DNA of 63,846 bases, counting the filler, from Reclinomonas americana ATCC 50394 (Eukaryota), in NCBI GenBank assembly GCA_048213135.1. It is 7 parts of 4 records of this genome, joined end to end, with 100 filler letters (N's around TTAATTAATTAA, not from the genome) between each part and the next. Parts side by side here need not be neighbours in the genome. Positions count along the whole stretch, not along the records: positions 20,932 to 34,566 come from PS015825.1; positions 34,667 to 56,239 come from PS015826.1; 5 more parts are not named here. One strand, given 5' to 3'. Position 1 is the stretch's first letter; each line of letters starts with the position of its first letter. Shown here one piece after another: positions 23,901 to 39,462 of the stretch. The position numbers were made by a program, and so were the translations under genes. Below the pieces are notes generated by a model. The model did not search any database and was not told where the DNA came from. It was given only the letters and a program-made list of their open reading frames with translations.

Positions 23901-26900
23901 TGAGAGACAACACACCGCCAGTCATGCCAGGTTGCAGCGGATCGTTAGCCGGACCATCGTAACGCACACGCACGCCTGGCGGACGAATAAGGACATGTTA
24001 GACAAGTGCGCCCTACCACTGCTCGCACAAAAACAAGTATCGTACCAATGGCAAACTCGGTAGGAATCGGAGCCTTCGGCGCCGGATCGTGAGCCAAGCG
24101 CAATTCCTCCACTGAGTAGCAATCGCCAATCGCTGACAGGGCAGTGATTGTCTGCAGCTGCATCGGCACCGCGTCCTCTCGAATCGGCAACGGTGTGAAG
24201 TCAGGGGTTGTGCACGGCGCCGGGACAACTACGCACGTCGATTTCTCGCCGTCAACACCAGCAACAACAACAAGTAGACGGAATAACATCAAGGCCACGC
24301 TCACTACGCAACTCCAGCTCGGCTCGCCGTTGAGGCCAGTGCGCTGCGAATCGTCGCGCACCACGTCACGCACCGAGGCCAATGGCAATGAGACCTACAT
24401 CGCAGGGCACATGCAAGTTAGAGTCCGACTTGTACGCGCGCGCGACAAGTGAGGCGCACGCAACTCGGCCCTCGGCGTCGTCGGGGATGCGCATCACAAA
24501 CTTGAACACAGACAGGGGCACCGACACGTGCGTGGCACCTTCTGCGCGCAGCTCCTCGCATGCGGCCTCCATCAGCAGATCCGAGTGCGCACCCTGTTCC
24601 ACCACTCCCTCACACACGAGTTCTGCCAGTGCACGTCAGACACTCGCACAATGCGCACACAGAACAACAGATGCAGTCGACACACCGTGCACAATGTCCA
24701 TGGGCTCGGCGGGCGGCAGCGGCACCACCGGCTGTGCGACAGCAGCGGACGAGGACGAACCTGCTGCAGCATCGGCGTCCGATGCAGCACTCGGGCCGAG
24801 CAGACGTGCCGTGTCGACGAGTGGCGCNNNNNNNNNNNNNNNNNNNNNNNNNNNNNNNNNNNNNNNNNNNNNNNNNNNNNNNNNNNNNNNNNNNNNNNNN
24901 NNNNNNNNNNNNNNNNNNNNNNNNNNNNNNNNNNNNNNNNNNNNNNNNNNNNNNNNNNNNNNNNNNNNNNNNNNNNNNNNNNNNNNNNNNNNNNNNNNNN
25001 NNNNNNNNNNNNNNNNNNNNNNNNNNNNNNNNNNNNNNNNNNNNNNNNNNNNNNNNNNNNNNNNNNNNNNNNNNNNNNNNNNNNNNNNNNNNNNNNNNNN
25101 NNNNNNNNNNNNNNNNNNNNNNNNNNNNNNNNNNNNNNNNNNNNNNNNNNNNNNNNNNNNNNNNNNNNNNNNNNNNNNNNNNNNNNNNNNNNNNNNNNNN
25201 NNNNNNNNNNNNNNNNNNNNNNNNNNNNNNNNNNNNNNNNNNNNNNNNNNNNNNNNNNNNNNNNNNNNNNNNNNNNNNNNNNNNNNNNNNNNNNNNNNNN
25301 NNNNNNNNNNNNNNNNNNNNNNNNNNNNNNNNNNNNNNNNNNNNNNNNNNNNNNNNNNNNNNNNNNNNNNNNNNNNNNNNNNNNNTGCAGCGATGGATCC
25401 TCCGGTTCGAACGGCGAAATCTGCAAGAACCACAACACCATGAGATGCACACATGCGCCGCGGCGCACACACGGATTCCATGCTACTCACCGCCACCTCG
25501 GCAGCAGACAGATACTCTGCCAGCGACAGCTGCAACTCGGCGAACGAGCCGTCACGAGTGGCCGTCTCCATCAGCTGCGCCATGCGCATAAAGATCACCT
25601 CCACCATGGCATCGCGAATCATCTTCTGACTCGGTATGCTCTGCGTGCAACACCACATGAGTAAGAAATGTGCATGGGTCACACATACACACATCCACAC
25701 AACCCACCTTGTTCAGTGTCGTCACCAGCGACAGATTCTCGACCAAATTCTGCAAAACGCCATTACAAGGGCGGTAAGTTCCGTGGTGCGATCACCACTG
25801 CATGCCCCCTCTCCTACGCAACGCTCTCGTCAAGACGCTGGAAGAGCGTCTTGATCACGCCCTTGTAATGCACCGGGTTCGGGTGCGGGACCGAGGCGAT
25901 CCAGTTCAACAGAGCCACCACCGGGTACGAGCCTGTGCCATTGTCAGCGCTCAGCTTCAGTCACACGTACACAAACAGACACACACACACACTCGACGCA
26001 CCGAGCTCATCCATGACTTCCACAAAGCGAGACAACGCACTCTGCACATTGTCGAGCGACACGCTGCGCGACACGCTCATCACGTCCATTTCCTCGACCA
26101 ACAGTTTGGCCAGGCGCACGGCGTCCGACAGACGCGGCAAGTGCAATTTCTGGCTCTTGTTGGCCAACTGAATGACCACATCGGTAAGGACACGCAGGCG
26201 CGACACCAACACCTGCTCCGCGTCGCGCTCGACAGCCAACAGATACTCATGGTCCTGCGGTCACGAATGCACACTCAGCGTCATTGCCACTCTCCCTCTG
26301 CTCCGCCCTGTTCCACACGTACCGCTGGCTTGCCATCTCGCACCTCCAGCTGGAGGCTGCGCACCATGCGCACAAAGGTCGGAATCACATCGGTGGCCAC
26401 TGTGCGGCGAGGTCAGCAAATCACGCCGTGAGTCGACAGGTTTTTACCCCCCAAAGAACACGCACAAGCAATCTGCTTCGGCAGCGAGGTCAACAGGCGG
26501 CTGAAGATGCGCAGGAAAGAGACCTGCGTGGATGCCGTGGAGGCGCGCTGCTTCGTGAAGCGCACAAAATCGCTACAAATGACAATCACAACGGTGAGTC
26601 ACCGACACAAGTCACGCACGAGACGTCGCATCCCTCACCGATACGCGCGCGGGAAGCTGAGCAGGAAGAGCTTGGAGAGACGCGAGTGCGGATCCACCAC
26701 CTTGGGCTTGCTCACAATGCGCAGCTTGGTCTCGTCGTTCTCAATCGCAATGCACGGAGTAAAATCGCCGTCAAACATCGGATACGTTGTGCGCACTGTT
26801 GAAACGGACAAGTCAACACACGCGCACAGCAGCGTTTCTGCACCACCAAGCGTACCTTGCCCGTTGAACGTGAAGAAGACAATGTTGCGGTCGTCGGTGG

Positions 26901-29900
26901 AGCACACGCCACAGCCGACGCGTGTACCCGGAGTCGGCAAGCAGACGGTCTCCATCAGGGCGGTGAACGCCTTCGGGCGGCAAACGCCAACAGCGAAGCG
27001 ACCAGATGAAATCGATCCAGAGTGCATGACCTCCACCTCAAAGTACATGGACGTGCCGGGATTCAGCACGCGCTGGCCCACCGACGTCCACATGAGGCCG
27101 CTGTTGACAAACCTGTGCGCACCAAAGAGCAAACGGGAACACTTGTTGAGTCGACAGCCCCAGTAGCACACATGCACTGACGGGACGCAACGGAGAATTA
27201 AAGACAAGCGACTGCGTGTCGTCCTTCTCCACAATCTCGTACGGCTCCGTCCACAGGTCATTACGACCGAGCTTCACCGCCAGGTGCTCGTTGAACACCG
27301 TAGTGACAAGAGAGGCAATGTGTGCACCTGGCGAGAGACACGATGAGCGACGTGCCGACAGACTCACACTCTCAACGAGCACCCACCAGCATCCTCGTGC
27401 ACAGTCTTCTGCAGAGACTCGATAATGCTCTGCTGCAGGTGCTCAAGGGTTACTCCGTCGGTGCCAGCTGAGAAGGCATCGCGACGCAGCGATTCACGCG
27501 CCACGGCCTGCAGCTGCGGGATCTGCAAACACGACCATTCCATTTCAGCATCGCAAGCACAAAAAAGCAGCAACAAATGTCGAAGACTCACCAGAGGGAC
27601 GCCAGTCATGGTACCGCTCGATGGCAGCGGATACACCATGCACTGGTCGGTGGGTTCGGCGGGCTTCTTGCTCTTGTCGTCCTTGGCCTTGTCGCCCGAG
27701 GCTGCCGGCTTCTTGTCCTCTTCCGGCGGCACCAAGACCGACGTGAACACGACCACCACCGACCGGCCAAGCGCGACATTGAAGGTGTCGCCCGCGGCGA
27801 TTTCACGCGCCGAAGAGAGGCCTTCGATGATAAGTTTCGTTGGCAACTCGGTGGCTGGATCGGCCACTGGCGCATCCACATCATCGCAGAGAATGTTGGA
27901 GGAAACAATGTGCTCCAAGAAGAAGGAGCTCCACTCGTTCGACATGAGCGACAGGTCTTGCACCAGTCGGCGAGCCACCGACTTGAGCATGGCAGATGTC
28001 GCAACGCGGCTATATATGACCGCCGATCAGCGCAATTTTTCAAGAAAAGAGCACACCATGCAGTGAACTTACCGATTTGGTGACTGCGACGGCGCAGTCA
28101 ACTGCACCTCCTCACCACTTGACGCTGAGCGTGGTCGGGTCTTGGCCGGCGATCCAACAACCGGCGATCCCAGCACCTCGCTATCGTCAGCGCCGCCGTC
28201 GGTGCCGCTGTCGTCGTCCGTGAGTTCGTGCGAAGGTCGCTTGCGGCCGGCATGTGCCACATCACCACCCGCTGCGGCCGTCGGTGCCGCGGCCGACGAG
28301 GACGAAGCGGGTGGCGCTGAGCTGCCGCTGCCTTCACCTGCCGTGGACTTGGCGGCGGCAGCACCAGCTGCCAGTGGTCGGCGACGATAATCAGCGGCCA
28401 GCGCACGCGCATACCGGTTGGGTGTCTCAAATAGCGTCGCACCGGCAACCGACGATACATCTTCCAAAATCTGCACAAGCACTTTTAAACGTGGTGGCCG
28501 ACCACAAATGCGAGTGGCGTTACGCACCTTGGCATCTTGCTTGGTCATGGACGCGTCTACTGCAAATACAGGCGTGCGCGAGTACGCCGGGTCGTGCGCC
28601 GGAGCGGCGGCACGGAACAGCTCCAGAATGATGTTGCGCTGCACAAACGGAGAGCGCACAAGTGAGAGACGGTGTGCAAGATAGTAAACTGGAATGCAGG
28701 CAAGGTACCTTTTGCCCATCCTTGCGCCAGCTCTGCACCAATGCGGGATTCTGTGGGGCCAGCAGCAACGCGAGCAGCAGCGAGCCCCACTCCACCACGT
28801 CGGCCGAGATGCCCCTGATCAAGCACAGCTGTCGCAGGCGAAGCGAGTGTGTGTGTGTGAGTGCGCTCACACAAGTCTACGCAAGACAACATACACACAA
28901 ACCTCGACCAGAAGGATGCAATTGTTCGACTCGCGCAGCAGCGCCAGTGGGTGGTTGGGCGCGTTGGGCTTCGCCGCTCGTCCAACCATGGTGAAGAGCG
29001 ACAAAATGTCCAGCACACGCTCCTCGGCCGCCACAATCTCGTCCGTAAAGACCGCGCGTCCGTCGCGGGCGTACGCCACCAGCTCACTCGCAACAGTCAG
29101 GAACACGTCAATAACACCGTTGATGGCGGCATTCATCTGGGCGCGCGCCGAGCGGCGGATTTCCTTGCCCGTGTCGACCGACGAGTTGCTGCAGAGTGCC
29201 AGCAACTGCAACAATTCCCATCCACCCGGGGTGGCCTGCGCAACCCACCATCGTCAGCGCACCAGACACAGATACTTCCCCCACACAGTATCAGGAACGC
29301 AACATCGCCCACCAGGGACAAGACGCGCTTGACAAACTCAATAAAGTGGCCCCGCTCGTGATACCCGAAGCAGAAGATGCTCCAGAGCGGCAGCAAGTGC
29401 GCCAACAGCAGTGCTGGCGAATCGTCGTCGTCGGCACCGGGCGACGCCAGCGACAAGGTCTTGTGGAACGCCGTGTCCAACAGCAGCATGAGGGCATCAC
29501 GCTCCACTGGCTTGATGTGCGGCAAATGGTGCGACAGCACATTCATCACCGAGCACGTCGTGTCGGCACGACTCAACACCGAGTGACCAGCTGCAGTGCG
29601 TGCACCATAATTTCAGCAAACAGCGGCACAGATCACAACGCAAGGGCGGGCATTACGCAACGGAGCAGCTGGAACCACTTGTTGGCCACCATGCGTCGGA
29701 ACAGCGTGCGCTCAAACACGGTGAGCACACGCGAGCTCAAGGACGGCGCATGAACCTTCTCCGCCTGCTGTACGCTGACTTGGAACATGGAGGCCATGTC
29801 GGAGGCCGAGCGTGGCGCAGGAGTGGCCAGCTGCGGGTCGGTGGCCAGATCGAGCAGACGGCACAGCAACTGCAGGCCGGCCGCATAGTAGTAGACACTT

Positions 29901-32900
29901 TCCGCGTCCTTGATTGCCAGATCGTACAGTCGAGTGACGTCGACGCCATCGCGCAGGAAGAACTGCTTCAGTGCCAGAGTGTACTTGGACAGGTGCGCGG
30001 AATCGACGCCACGCGCCTCGAAACCAGACACCACTGCACACACACTGCGTGGTGAGTCGACAACACACACGAAAGCAAACCGCGTACGGGAAGGGAGACG
30101 CACGGGGAGTGGTGTCCGCGAAGGGATTGTGGCCACGAACGCCCGGAGTGGCCACTGCGTCAATCAGAGACGCACCACTGATCATGCAAAAAGGAAAAAA
30201 ACATGTGGGGTGAGCAACAGCACCACAGTTGCCTGTGGGTGGACACATTGCAAACCTGCGCTCCGGAATCGAGTGCGTACGAGTGAGATCCAAAAAGTCG
30301 GGATCAGGGCTGAAGAGGGAGGCGTCGGGTCCATCGGTCGGTCGCTGCTCGGAAGAGAGCCACGGTGAGAATGTGCATCTCAATACACACCACAGCAATT
30401 AGCACTCACGTATTTGAAGCAAAACAGCAAATCGGCCTTGGCCAGCAGGTCGGCCACCATCGCGGCCCATCGCGCCTGCAGCCACGCATGCTTGCCCTCC
30501 TCGCTGCGATCGTGAGCCGTCGCTGCAGACGCACGTGTCGGCACACACAGGTACACACACAAACGAGGCAGAACACAAGATACACACCTTGCGGCGACGC
30601 CTTGAACTCGTCGTACGCGGTGGCCTGCTGCTGCTTCAAATCGCGCAGCGCGAGCGCCACTATGCGATTGATATTCTTCCACGAGCTCACCAGCTCCGGA
30701 GGCAACATCGGATCCACACGGCTGCCGTCGGAATCCCGCTGCGACAACTGCAGCGCAACCTCGTACATCTCCTCGACCAAGTGCAGATTCTTAATGGCCA
30801 CACACTGGAAGGCCAGCTCGACGCCCTCGGACGACTCCTCGAATCCGCGCGGCGGTTTCACAGACTGCGAAGCACAGCGTGGGGTGTGAGGATACCACAC
30901 ACCGTGCGCGCTGTAACATCACGCAGCGAATAAAAAATCAACATACCGAAGTCTTGGAGAAGCGCTGCACAAACAGCTCTGCCACCTCGTCGGCCAGTGC
31001 GGCCTCTGAGCCAGGCTCGGCCACATGACGAGGGCACGGTCCGCCGAATGTTTTGCTGACAAAGTCAGGAACCTGCATGTCGAATGTGGTGAGCAACAGG
31101 GAGGACGGAAGTCGAAAAAATGTGAAAGGACGGTAGGGGGGGGGGGGGGGGCGACCTGCTTCTCGAGTTGCCGACGCAAAATGTGCTGCAGGATGCGAAC
31201 ACCCGGGTGACACTCGCTCATGGGATCGACGGTGGGCGCCGCTGCCGCTGCTGCATAGTCCGCCGACGTGGGCGACCGCGTGGCCTACACAGTGCTTTAC
31301 AGTGAGTCGTGTGGACTACTTGTGTTCCCCTCCAGTTGCCACACACACACACGCCACTCACATCAGCATTCAACGCCATTCCCAGACTCTGCGAGAGAAT
31401 CTGACGGATCTGCGGCGGGACACTGCCGTAGGCCCCGAAGTGATGAGTGTCTCGCGCACGCAGCGACATGTGTGTGCGAGATTGTGTGCAACGCAACAAA
31501 GCAAGCTCGGCTCCCGCGGCCGCCGACGAGGGACCGCGACGAATCGAGGGCACGTCCTGGTCGAGGCCGTCGACGCCAAGTGGGCCGGTGAAAAAGTATG
31601 CCGTCTCTGTTTGGTGCGTCGTGTCGACTGCTTGGCACAGCAGCAAGGCCGGGGCCGACATGACGCAGCCCTCCACAATGTCAATCAGCGAGCTAATGGT
31701 GAGACGCTCCACATCGGCAACGTGGAACGACAGCACCGTCACGTGACTGCAAGGGGGGAAGAACAACGCCGCGCCTGATAAGCACAAAGAGAACGGAACA
31801 CACTATTGCTCTCTCCACGCAACCTGGGCGGCAGGTGAATGGGACGCAGCGGCGACACGGCATGGATCAACGAGCGCAGCTCCTCCAACAGCGACATCAG
31901 CGGCAGCGAAATAGCGCTCCAGTAGCGCAACACTTGCGACGTGATTTTCTCCATCTGCAGGCACACTCAAGCTGTGAACATGGCGCCACGAGACAAACCA
32001 GTCACACAAACAAACAAGCAGACGAACCGGCAGCGACTCGGAAATGAGATCCGCCAGCGACGGAATCAGGCTCAGAGCCTGGTGGCACACGGCAAAGAAC
32101 ACGGGCGCCAGCTGCGTCAGCGCAATGGCGCGCTTCTCGAATCCCCACGCCTGCGGCGACATCCATCCACCAGTCAAACACAGGGCGCGATAACGGGAAC
32201 GCGCACCATGCAGCAGGCGACACTTACCGGTTCGCTAATGAGCTCCACCATGCACTGCACTTGCATGGCCACGACGTGCGACACTTGCGACAGATCAGTG
32301 GCACCATAGAAAGCATTGCAGGCGATGGTGATGAGTTCAGTCAGGATAGTTCCCTGCACGGCCGTCAACTCGCCCTCGGCCATGGTGGCCACCAAGCGCA
32401 GAATGTAGGCGACGAAGTGGTTCACTCGACCCTCTTCCGTCACCTGCGTGCGCACATGAGGTCAGAATGGAACGCACGTGAGATGGCCGGGATGGCACGC
32501 ACCGAGAACATCAGCTTGTGCACAATCTGTGGGTTCTTAGCCGCATGTCGCAGCAACTGCACAGCGTACCGCAACTCCGCCTGCGAGTGTCCCTCGCGAC
32601 AACCCTGCGACACACGATCCACCACATCGGCGGGCGAGTACGAGAGGCCATAGGCCTTCAGGCAGATGCTGCCGCACTCCTCGCACAGACTCAAGTCTTC
32701 GGCATCGGAGGAGGACGCAAGCGCGGTTTCCAACTCACGCAGGGCGGTAAACGCCGAGGCCAAGCCCACAGCCATCTGGTGTGACGAAGAGTCACCACCG
32801 GCACCACTTGCCGCCGCCGCATCCTCGGCGACACGAGCCGCCACGGTGCTGTCGCGCGTGAGGCGTCGTGCGATAAAGAGGCAGTCGGCCATGATTGAGC

Positions 32901-34566
32901 GCAGCAGCAACAAGGCTGGCGATGGCAAAAGGAGGAGAAAATAATAAGTGTCAGCGAATTGTGAAACAAGATCAAACAAGAGCGAGCGTGTGCACACAGA
33001 CCTCGCGGATCCAACTGATCGCGGTGTTGCAGCTTCTGGGTGAGGAACTTGATGACGTGGACCAGGAACGCGGGCGTCTCCGGGGACGCCACCACGCTCT
33101 TGACCAGGCCGAGACCGGCCATGATGCGTGCCGCCAGCGCCAGCGGGCGTGAGGCCTCTGCGCCCAGCTGACGCAAGCGGTTGATGCGCTTCTCCACCTT
33201 TTCAATGTCGGTTTCCGTCGCATCCTCGCTGGCCGACTCCAGGTGACCGGACACGGTAAGACCGCGTGCTTCGGCCGCCCACGTCACTTGCTCGACGCCA
33301 GTGCCGACACCAAATGTGATAATGTCCGACGCCACACTGGCCAGCGGAACCTGCACCCCAGGTCATTCTTGCGTTAGAGAGCTCAGCTCGACATTTCGCG
33401 GAAACCCAATAGAAACTCACTCGTGGTTGCTCGCTGACAACCAACGTGTTGGTTGCCGGATTGTACACAATCTCCACACGGCGAACATCCTGGGAGCCGC
33501 CCTCCACTGGAGTTGAAATGTCGACACTGTACGTGTGTGGCTTGACGTGCAAGGCGCGCACCGCGACCTCGTTGTTCTTGATCCGAATGGACCCTTGTTG
33601 ACGCGTCTTGGACTTGGCCACGAGCTCGCCGGAGCTCTCGTTGTAGACGTAGGTGTTGCGCTGGAAACGCGCCTTCTTGGAGAAGCAGNNNNNNNNNNNN
33701 NNNNNNNNNNNNNNNNNNNNNNNNNNNNNNNNNNNNNNNNNNNNNNNNNNNNNNNNNNNNNNNNNNNNNNNNNNNNNNNNNNNNNNNNNNNNNNNNNNNN
33801 NNNNNNNNNNNNNNNNNNNNNNNNNNNNNNNNNNNNNNNNNNNNNNNNNNNNNNNNNNNNNNNNNNNNNNNNNNNNNNNNNNNNNNNNNNNNNNNNNNNN
33901 NNNNNNNNNNNNNNNNNNNNNNNNGAGAGAGAGAGAGAGAGAGAGAGAGAGAGCATGCATTGAGCGGGTGCATGAAGGAAAAAGCATCACTGAGGAGCGC
34001 GCTCACCACCACCGACATCATTACCACATGCTCCGGCATAGGTTCGCTATCGGGGGACAGCTGCTGCGCGGGTGGGCGCTGCACAGGGAACCGACGTGGC
34101 AGCGTCGTGACGCGAATGACTTCCAGCGAAAGCGGCTCCACCAGCGCAAACTCAGGCTGTACACCGGGCCGTCGCACAAAGAGCAGCAGATGCGAGCCGA
34201 GTCGTTGCAGACCAAACACAGTGACTGCCGTTGGCACAGTATCGTCTTTGTGTGAGCGGCACGAAAAAAAAGAATGTGAATACATGAGGTGGAACACAGT
34301 GCGCAGGGTGGAAACAGAAAAAAAAACGAGTGACAGGGTGCACACAAACACACAAAAACACACAACACACAAACAGTGCGCGCAGTGAAGACGAACCACG
34401 TGGGCGGGGGAATGTCAGCTGGCGACTGGTGAGTACGCGACTCTCGGTCGGATCAATCTGCAGCACCGACATGAAGCCATTGGCCCACGCCATGTACAAC
34501 TTGTTGCCTGTGCGACGTGACCGTGAGGGCGGGTGGGTGGACGGCGTCGCGAGACACGCGCTTCAG
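20932..34566 (-). CDS. Giant HECT E3 ubiquitin ligase with internal SPRY-like domain; both ends truncated
   Basis: HECT N-lobe WSVKLNGERAIDA|GGPYREVFSFMCSELQ..TPN..FMPNP..FLGFLMG..LALDLP.FF.KL at ~21000-21450. SPRY-like YFEVEV..FAVG..RVGCGV..VFFTFNG at ~26700-27110. Dozens of minus-strand exons lie between and upstream; assigning them all to one gene is inferred. Confidence 0.75.
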
Positions 34567-34666
34567 NNNNNNNNNNNNNNNNNNNNNNNNNNNNNNNNNN
34601 NNNNNNNNNNTTAATTAATTAANNNNNNNNNNNNNNNNNNNNNNNNNNNNNNNNNNNNNNNNNNNN

Positions 34667-35211
34667 ACCACACTCGCCCACCAGCTCGGTAAGTCGCTCA
34701 TCCTCCTCTGCGCTCCACTGCAGCGCCCGCGTCCACCGCTCTCGACACTGCCGCTCACTGCGCCCTCCACTCATGCGTGCAGCCACCGCGGCCCAGCTGC
34801 CAGTGCCGAGCTCGTCGACCGCCTCTGCTAGCATGTCGTCTTCACCGGCGGTCCACTCGGAGGCTTTGATGTGCAGTCGCATCCAGTGCTGCCGACACTG
34901 CTGCACGGTGCGACGCGGCACTCGCGCTGCCACGTCTTTCCAGTTGGCGCCGACTTCCTCTACTGCGCGTTGCAGCAGCATGTTCTATGCGTGCGCGCGT
35001 GGTAAGGGAGACAGACACAAACGCGCATATGTGTGCTCTCTCTCACACACACACGCACCTCTTCTTCAGTCCACTGAATACGGTTGCCTTTTCGGTGGCG
35101 AGCCGACGAGACTCCGGCCGCCGCCACCTGCTGTGCACGAGTCAGTGTGCGCGCGCAGTGACGATCAGTATTTCGGAGACTATAGGCATCATTCACCGGC
35201 GGAGATGACAT
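34667..35211 (-). CDS. Multi-repeat Myb/SANT DNA-binding protein (at least 3 repeats; 3' truncated)
   Basis: WTEEE|NMLL..W..VA..VPRRTVQQCRQHW; WTAGEDDML..W..VA..GRSERQCRERW; WSAEEDERL.. Confidence 0.9.
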
Positions 35212-35396
35212 TGATAGGAGGAAGAAAGAGAGATGGGGACAGGCTACTGTGAACAGGAAGGAGACCACGCCCTGCGCTTGTGGCAGCCTGTGGCGGCAAT
35301 GGGAGGAAGAGATAGAGTAAAGCAAGGGCGACGTTTTGTTGTGTCCTGGAAGGTGCTTTCCCGCGCATCTCCCTTGTGTGTGTGTGCGTGGCATCA
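35212..35396. promoter_or_regulatory. Putative bidirectional promoter (185 bp) between Myb and MYST genes
   Basis: Divergent ATGs at 35211 (-) and 35397 (+). Geometry only. Confidence 0.4.
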
Positions 35397-37272
<1,876 letters not shown>

Positions 37273-37382
37273 GACTTGTCCAAACGACAATGGTGAAACA
37301 CAAGACTACGCAATGCTGTATTTTTTGGGGGGGTCAAGCCACTGTCTCTCTCCTGTCTGTGTGTGCCTCTCCCGATCACTGC

Positions 37383-39410
37383 TTATCGGTCGACGGGCAC
37401 CTCCCAGCCGGCGAGTACCGACCGTGTGCAGTCGCCCTGGGTCGGCGCCGCGGCGGCCACCGTGATGTAGACAAACGGCGCGCCGCGAACCCACATGATA
37501 CTGAGCGCCGACGTGCCGCACTGCATTCGGCGAGGGGAGCAAATGAGAAATGAGAATGTCGCCCGACACAGGCACCACGACTCACCAAGCTAGTGTTCGC
37601 ATCCAACGTGAATGCCAGCTTCAACGCGCGAGACCGCAAGTCAAGCAAGTACACACCGCGTCCGGTGGCCGCCCACGCCACAAATGTGCTCGTGGCGTCC
37701 ACAGCCGGTGTCGCGTAATACTCAATGTTGCTGCAGTCGTTGGCTGTGCAGACCACCAGCCGGTGAGTCAGGGGAAATGAAGAAGAAAACAATGACGGGC
37801 GGCGAACCATCGGTGCAATTGAACGGCTGGGAGACGGAGAAGACCAGGCCGCCAGAGGCCAGATCAATGACCTCGGTGACGATGGTGACTTGCGTCGGGT
37901 TGAGCCAGTTGGGTGTGTACAGTCCACCAGTGGAGACGGCACGCGGCGTCGTGTCGAGCCACGTGGTTTGGAGGCTCACGGAGCACGCAGACTTGGTGAG
38001 TGTGCACGCGGAGCCGGTGCACGACTCGAGGTACCACGCACGCCCGGCAGTCGCCGGGCACTCCGACTGTGTCTTGCTCGACACCACCAGCAGCGCGCTG
38101 ATATCGTTGGAGGCCTGCATCAGCGAGCCAGCCAGCGGCGGCACCGCGTCCGGCAGCGGAACTGACACCGGGGTCAGCGCTCCCTTGCTGTCCAATGTGA
38201 GGCGGTACACACGGTCGCCAAACACCAGAGCCGTGCGTGTGGTCGACGTCGGTGAGCGGTCCAGCCACACGTGGTGGTCGTTGGTGCCGACGGCCGGCAC
38301 CACAACAGTGCCAATCTGCTCACCGGTCTGCGCGTTGAACCACACCAGTGTCGCCTGCACGCACGCACAATGAGAACAAGGGAAAGGGGCGGAAGAGACG
38401 ATTCTGGCGTCGTGCACGCAACAGTATAGTCGGGGTTGATCATCGTGGCAAGACCAAGAGTGCCGTCGTACGACAACTGCACGGCATTCTCCACCGGATT
38501 GCCGATAATTTGCCCGGCCATGGGCGGCATCCGCAGCTGCCACAGAGGATCGCCTCCCAACGAGCCATCCTTCCACCCGTACACCACACACTGCGCATAC
38601 TCAAACTCACACCCAACGGCGGCCACCGTGCCGCTTCCCAGTGCCGTGTCCACCGCATAGCCCCAGTGATTTCCCGGTCGTCCGCTCTGCCGCGCGCACC
38701 AAAAGAGATGAGCGATCAGAGAGCAACAGTAGGAAACGGCAATAACAGCTCAACGCACCCACTCGATGCGCCCCGAGTTGACATGCACCGACACCAAGTG
38801 CGGATCGCCCGAGTACTGATAGCCTGCGCAGTCGGACAAGTGAGCCACAGAGCTCATTTTACCTTCTCTCTCTCTCCCCTCGCATCGCACACTCACCAAA
38901 CACCGCCACACCAGTGCCCGCAAAGACCACCGCCAGTCGGTTGCTGGGAATGGCCGGGGCCGTGATGTTCCACACAGGAACAGCAGCAAGAGGCTGATTC
39001 CACTCATCTTCACACACATACACAAGGAGATGAGCAGGCAGGCACGCCTTCCCTCTCTACACACGCCCTCCACTCCACTCACCATTCACACGCTCATGCG
39101 CGTGCACAAAGCGATGCATAATTCCACCGTCATGCGATTCCTTTGCCACGTGCACGTGTGCGTCTCCTCTGAGGTGTTGTTGTTGTTGGTGATGCAGGGA
39201 AGGAGAGGCCGAGTGAGTGGAGGAGGGACGCAGTCGGTGATAGCCGCGGACGCGCGTGGAGCGGAATCCTTGCGGTCGGATGACTGTTTGTGACCGCTCG
39301 TGCGCCTCCCTTGCCAGCACCGATGGAGGTGAGCACAAGGCGATCGCGAGGATGAGCAAGAGGAGGAGGAGACTGAGGAAGGGGAATGTGAGGTTGGCGC
39401 GCGACGACAT
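37383..39410 (-). CDS. Secreted protein with signal peptide, His-rich N-terminus and beta-propeller-like body
   Basis: N-terminus MSSRANLTFPFLSLLLLLLILAIALCSPPSVLA; His-rich stretch; strand-like blades such as LVWFNAQTGEQIG, EVIDLASGGLVF and VYLLDLRSR. Stop TAA at 37383-37385. Confidence 0.6.
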
Positions 39411-39462
39411 GATTGAGGAGAGCGGTGTATTGTTGGACGAACAGGACGAGCGATGATGATCC

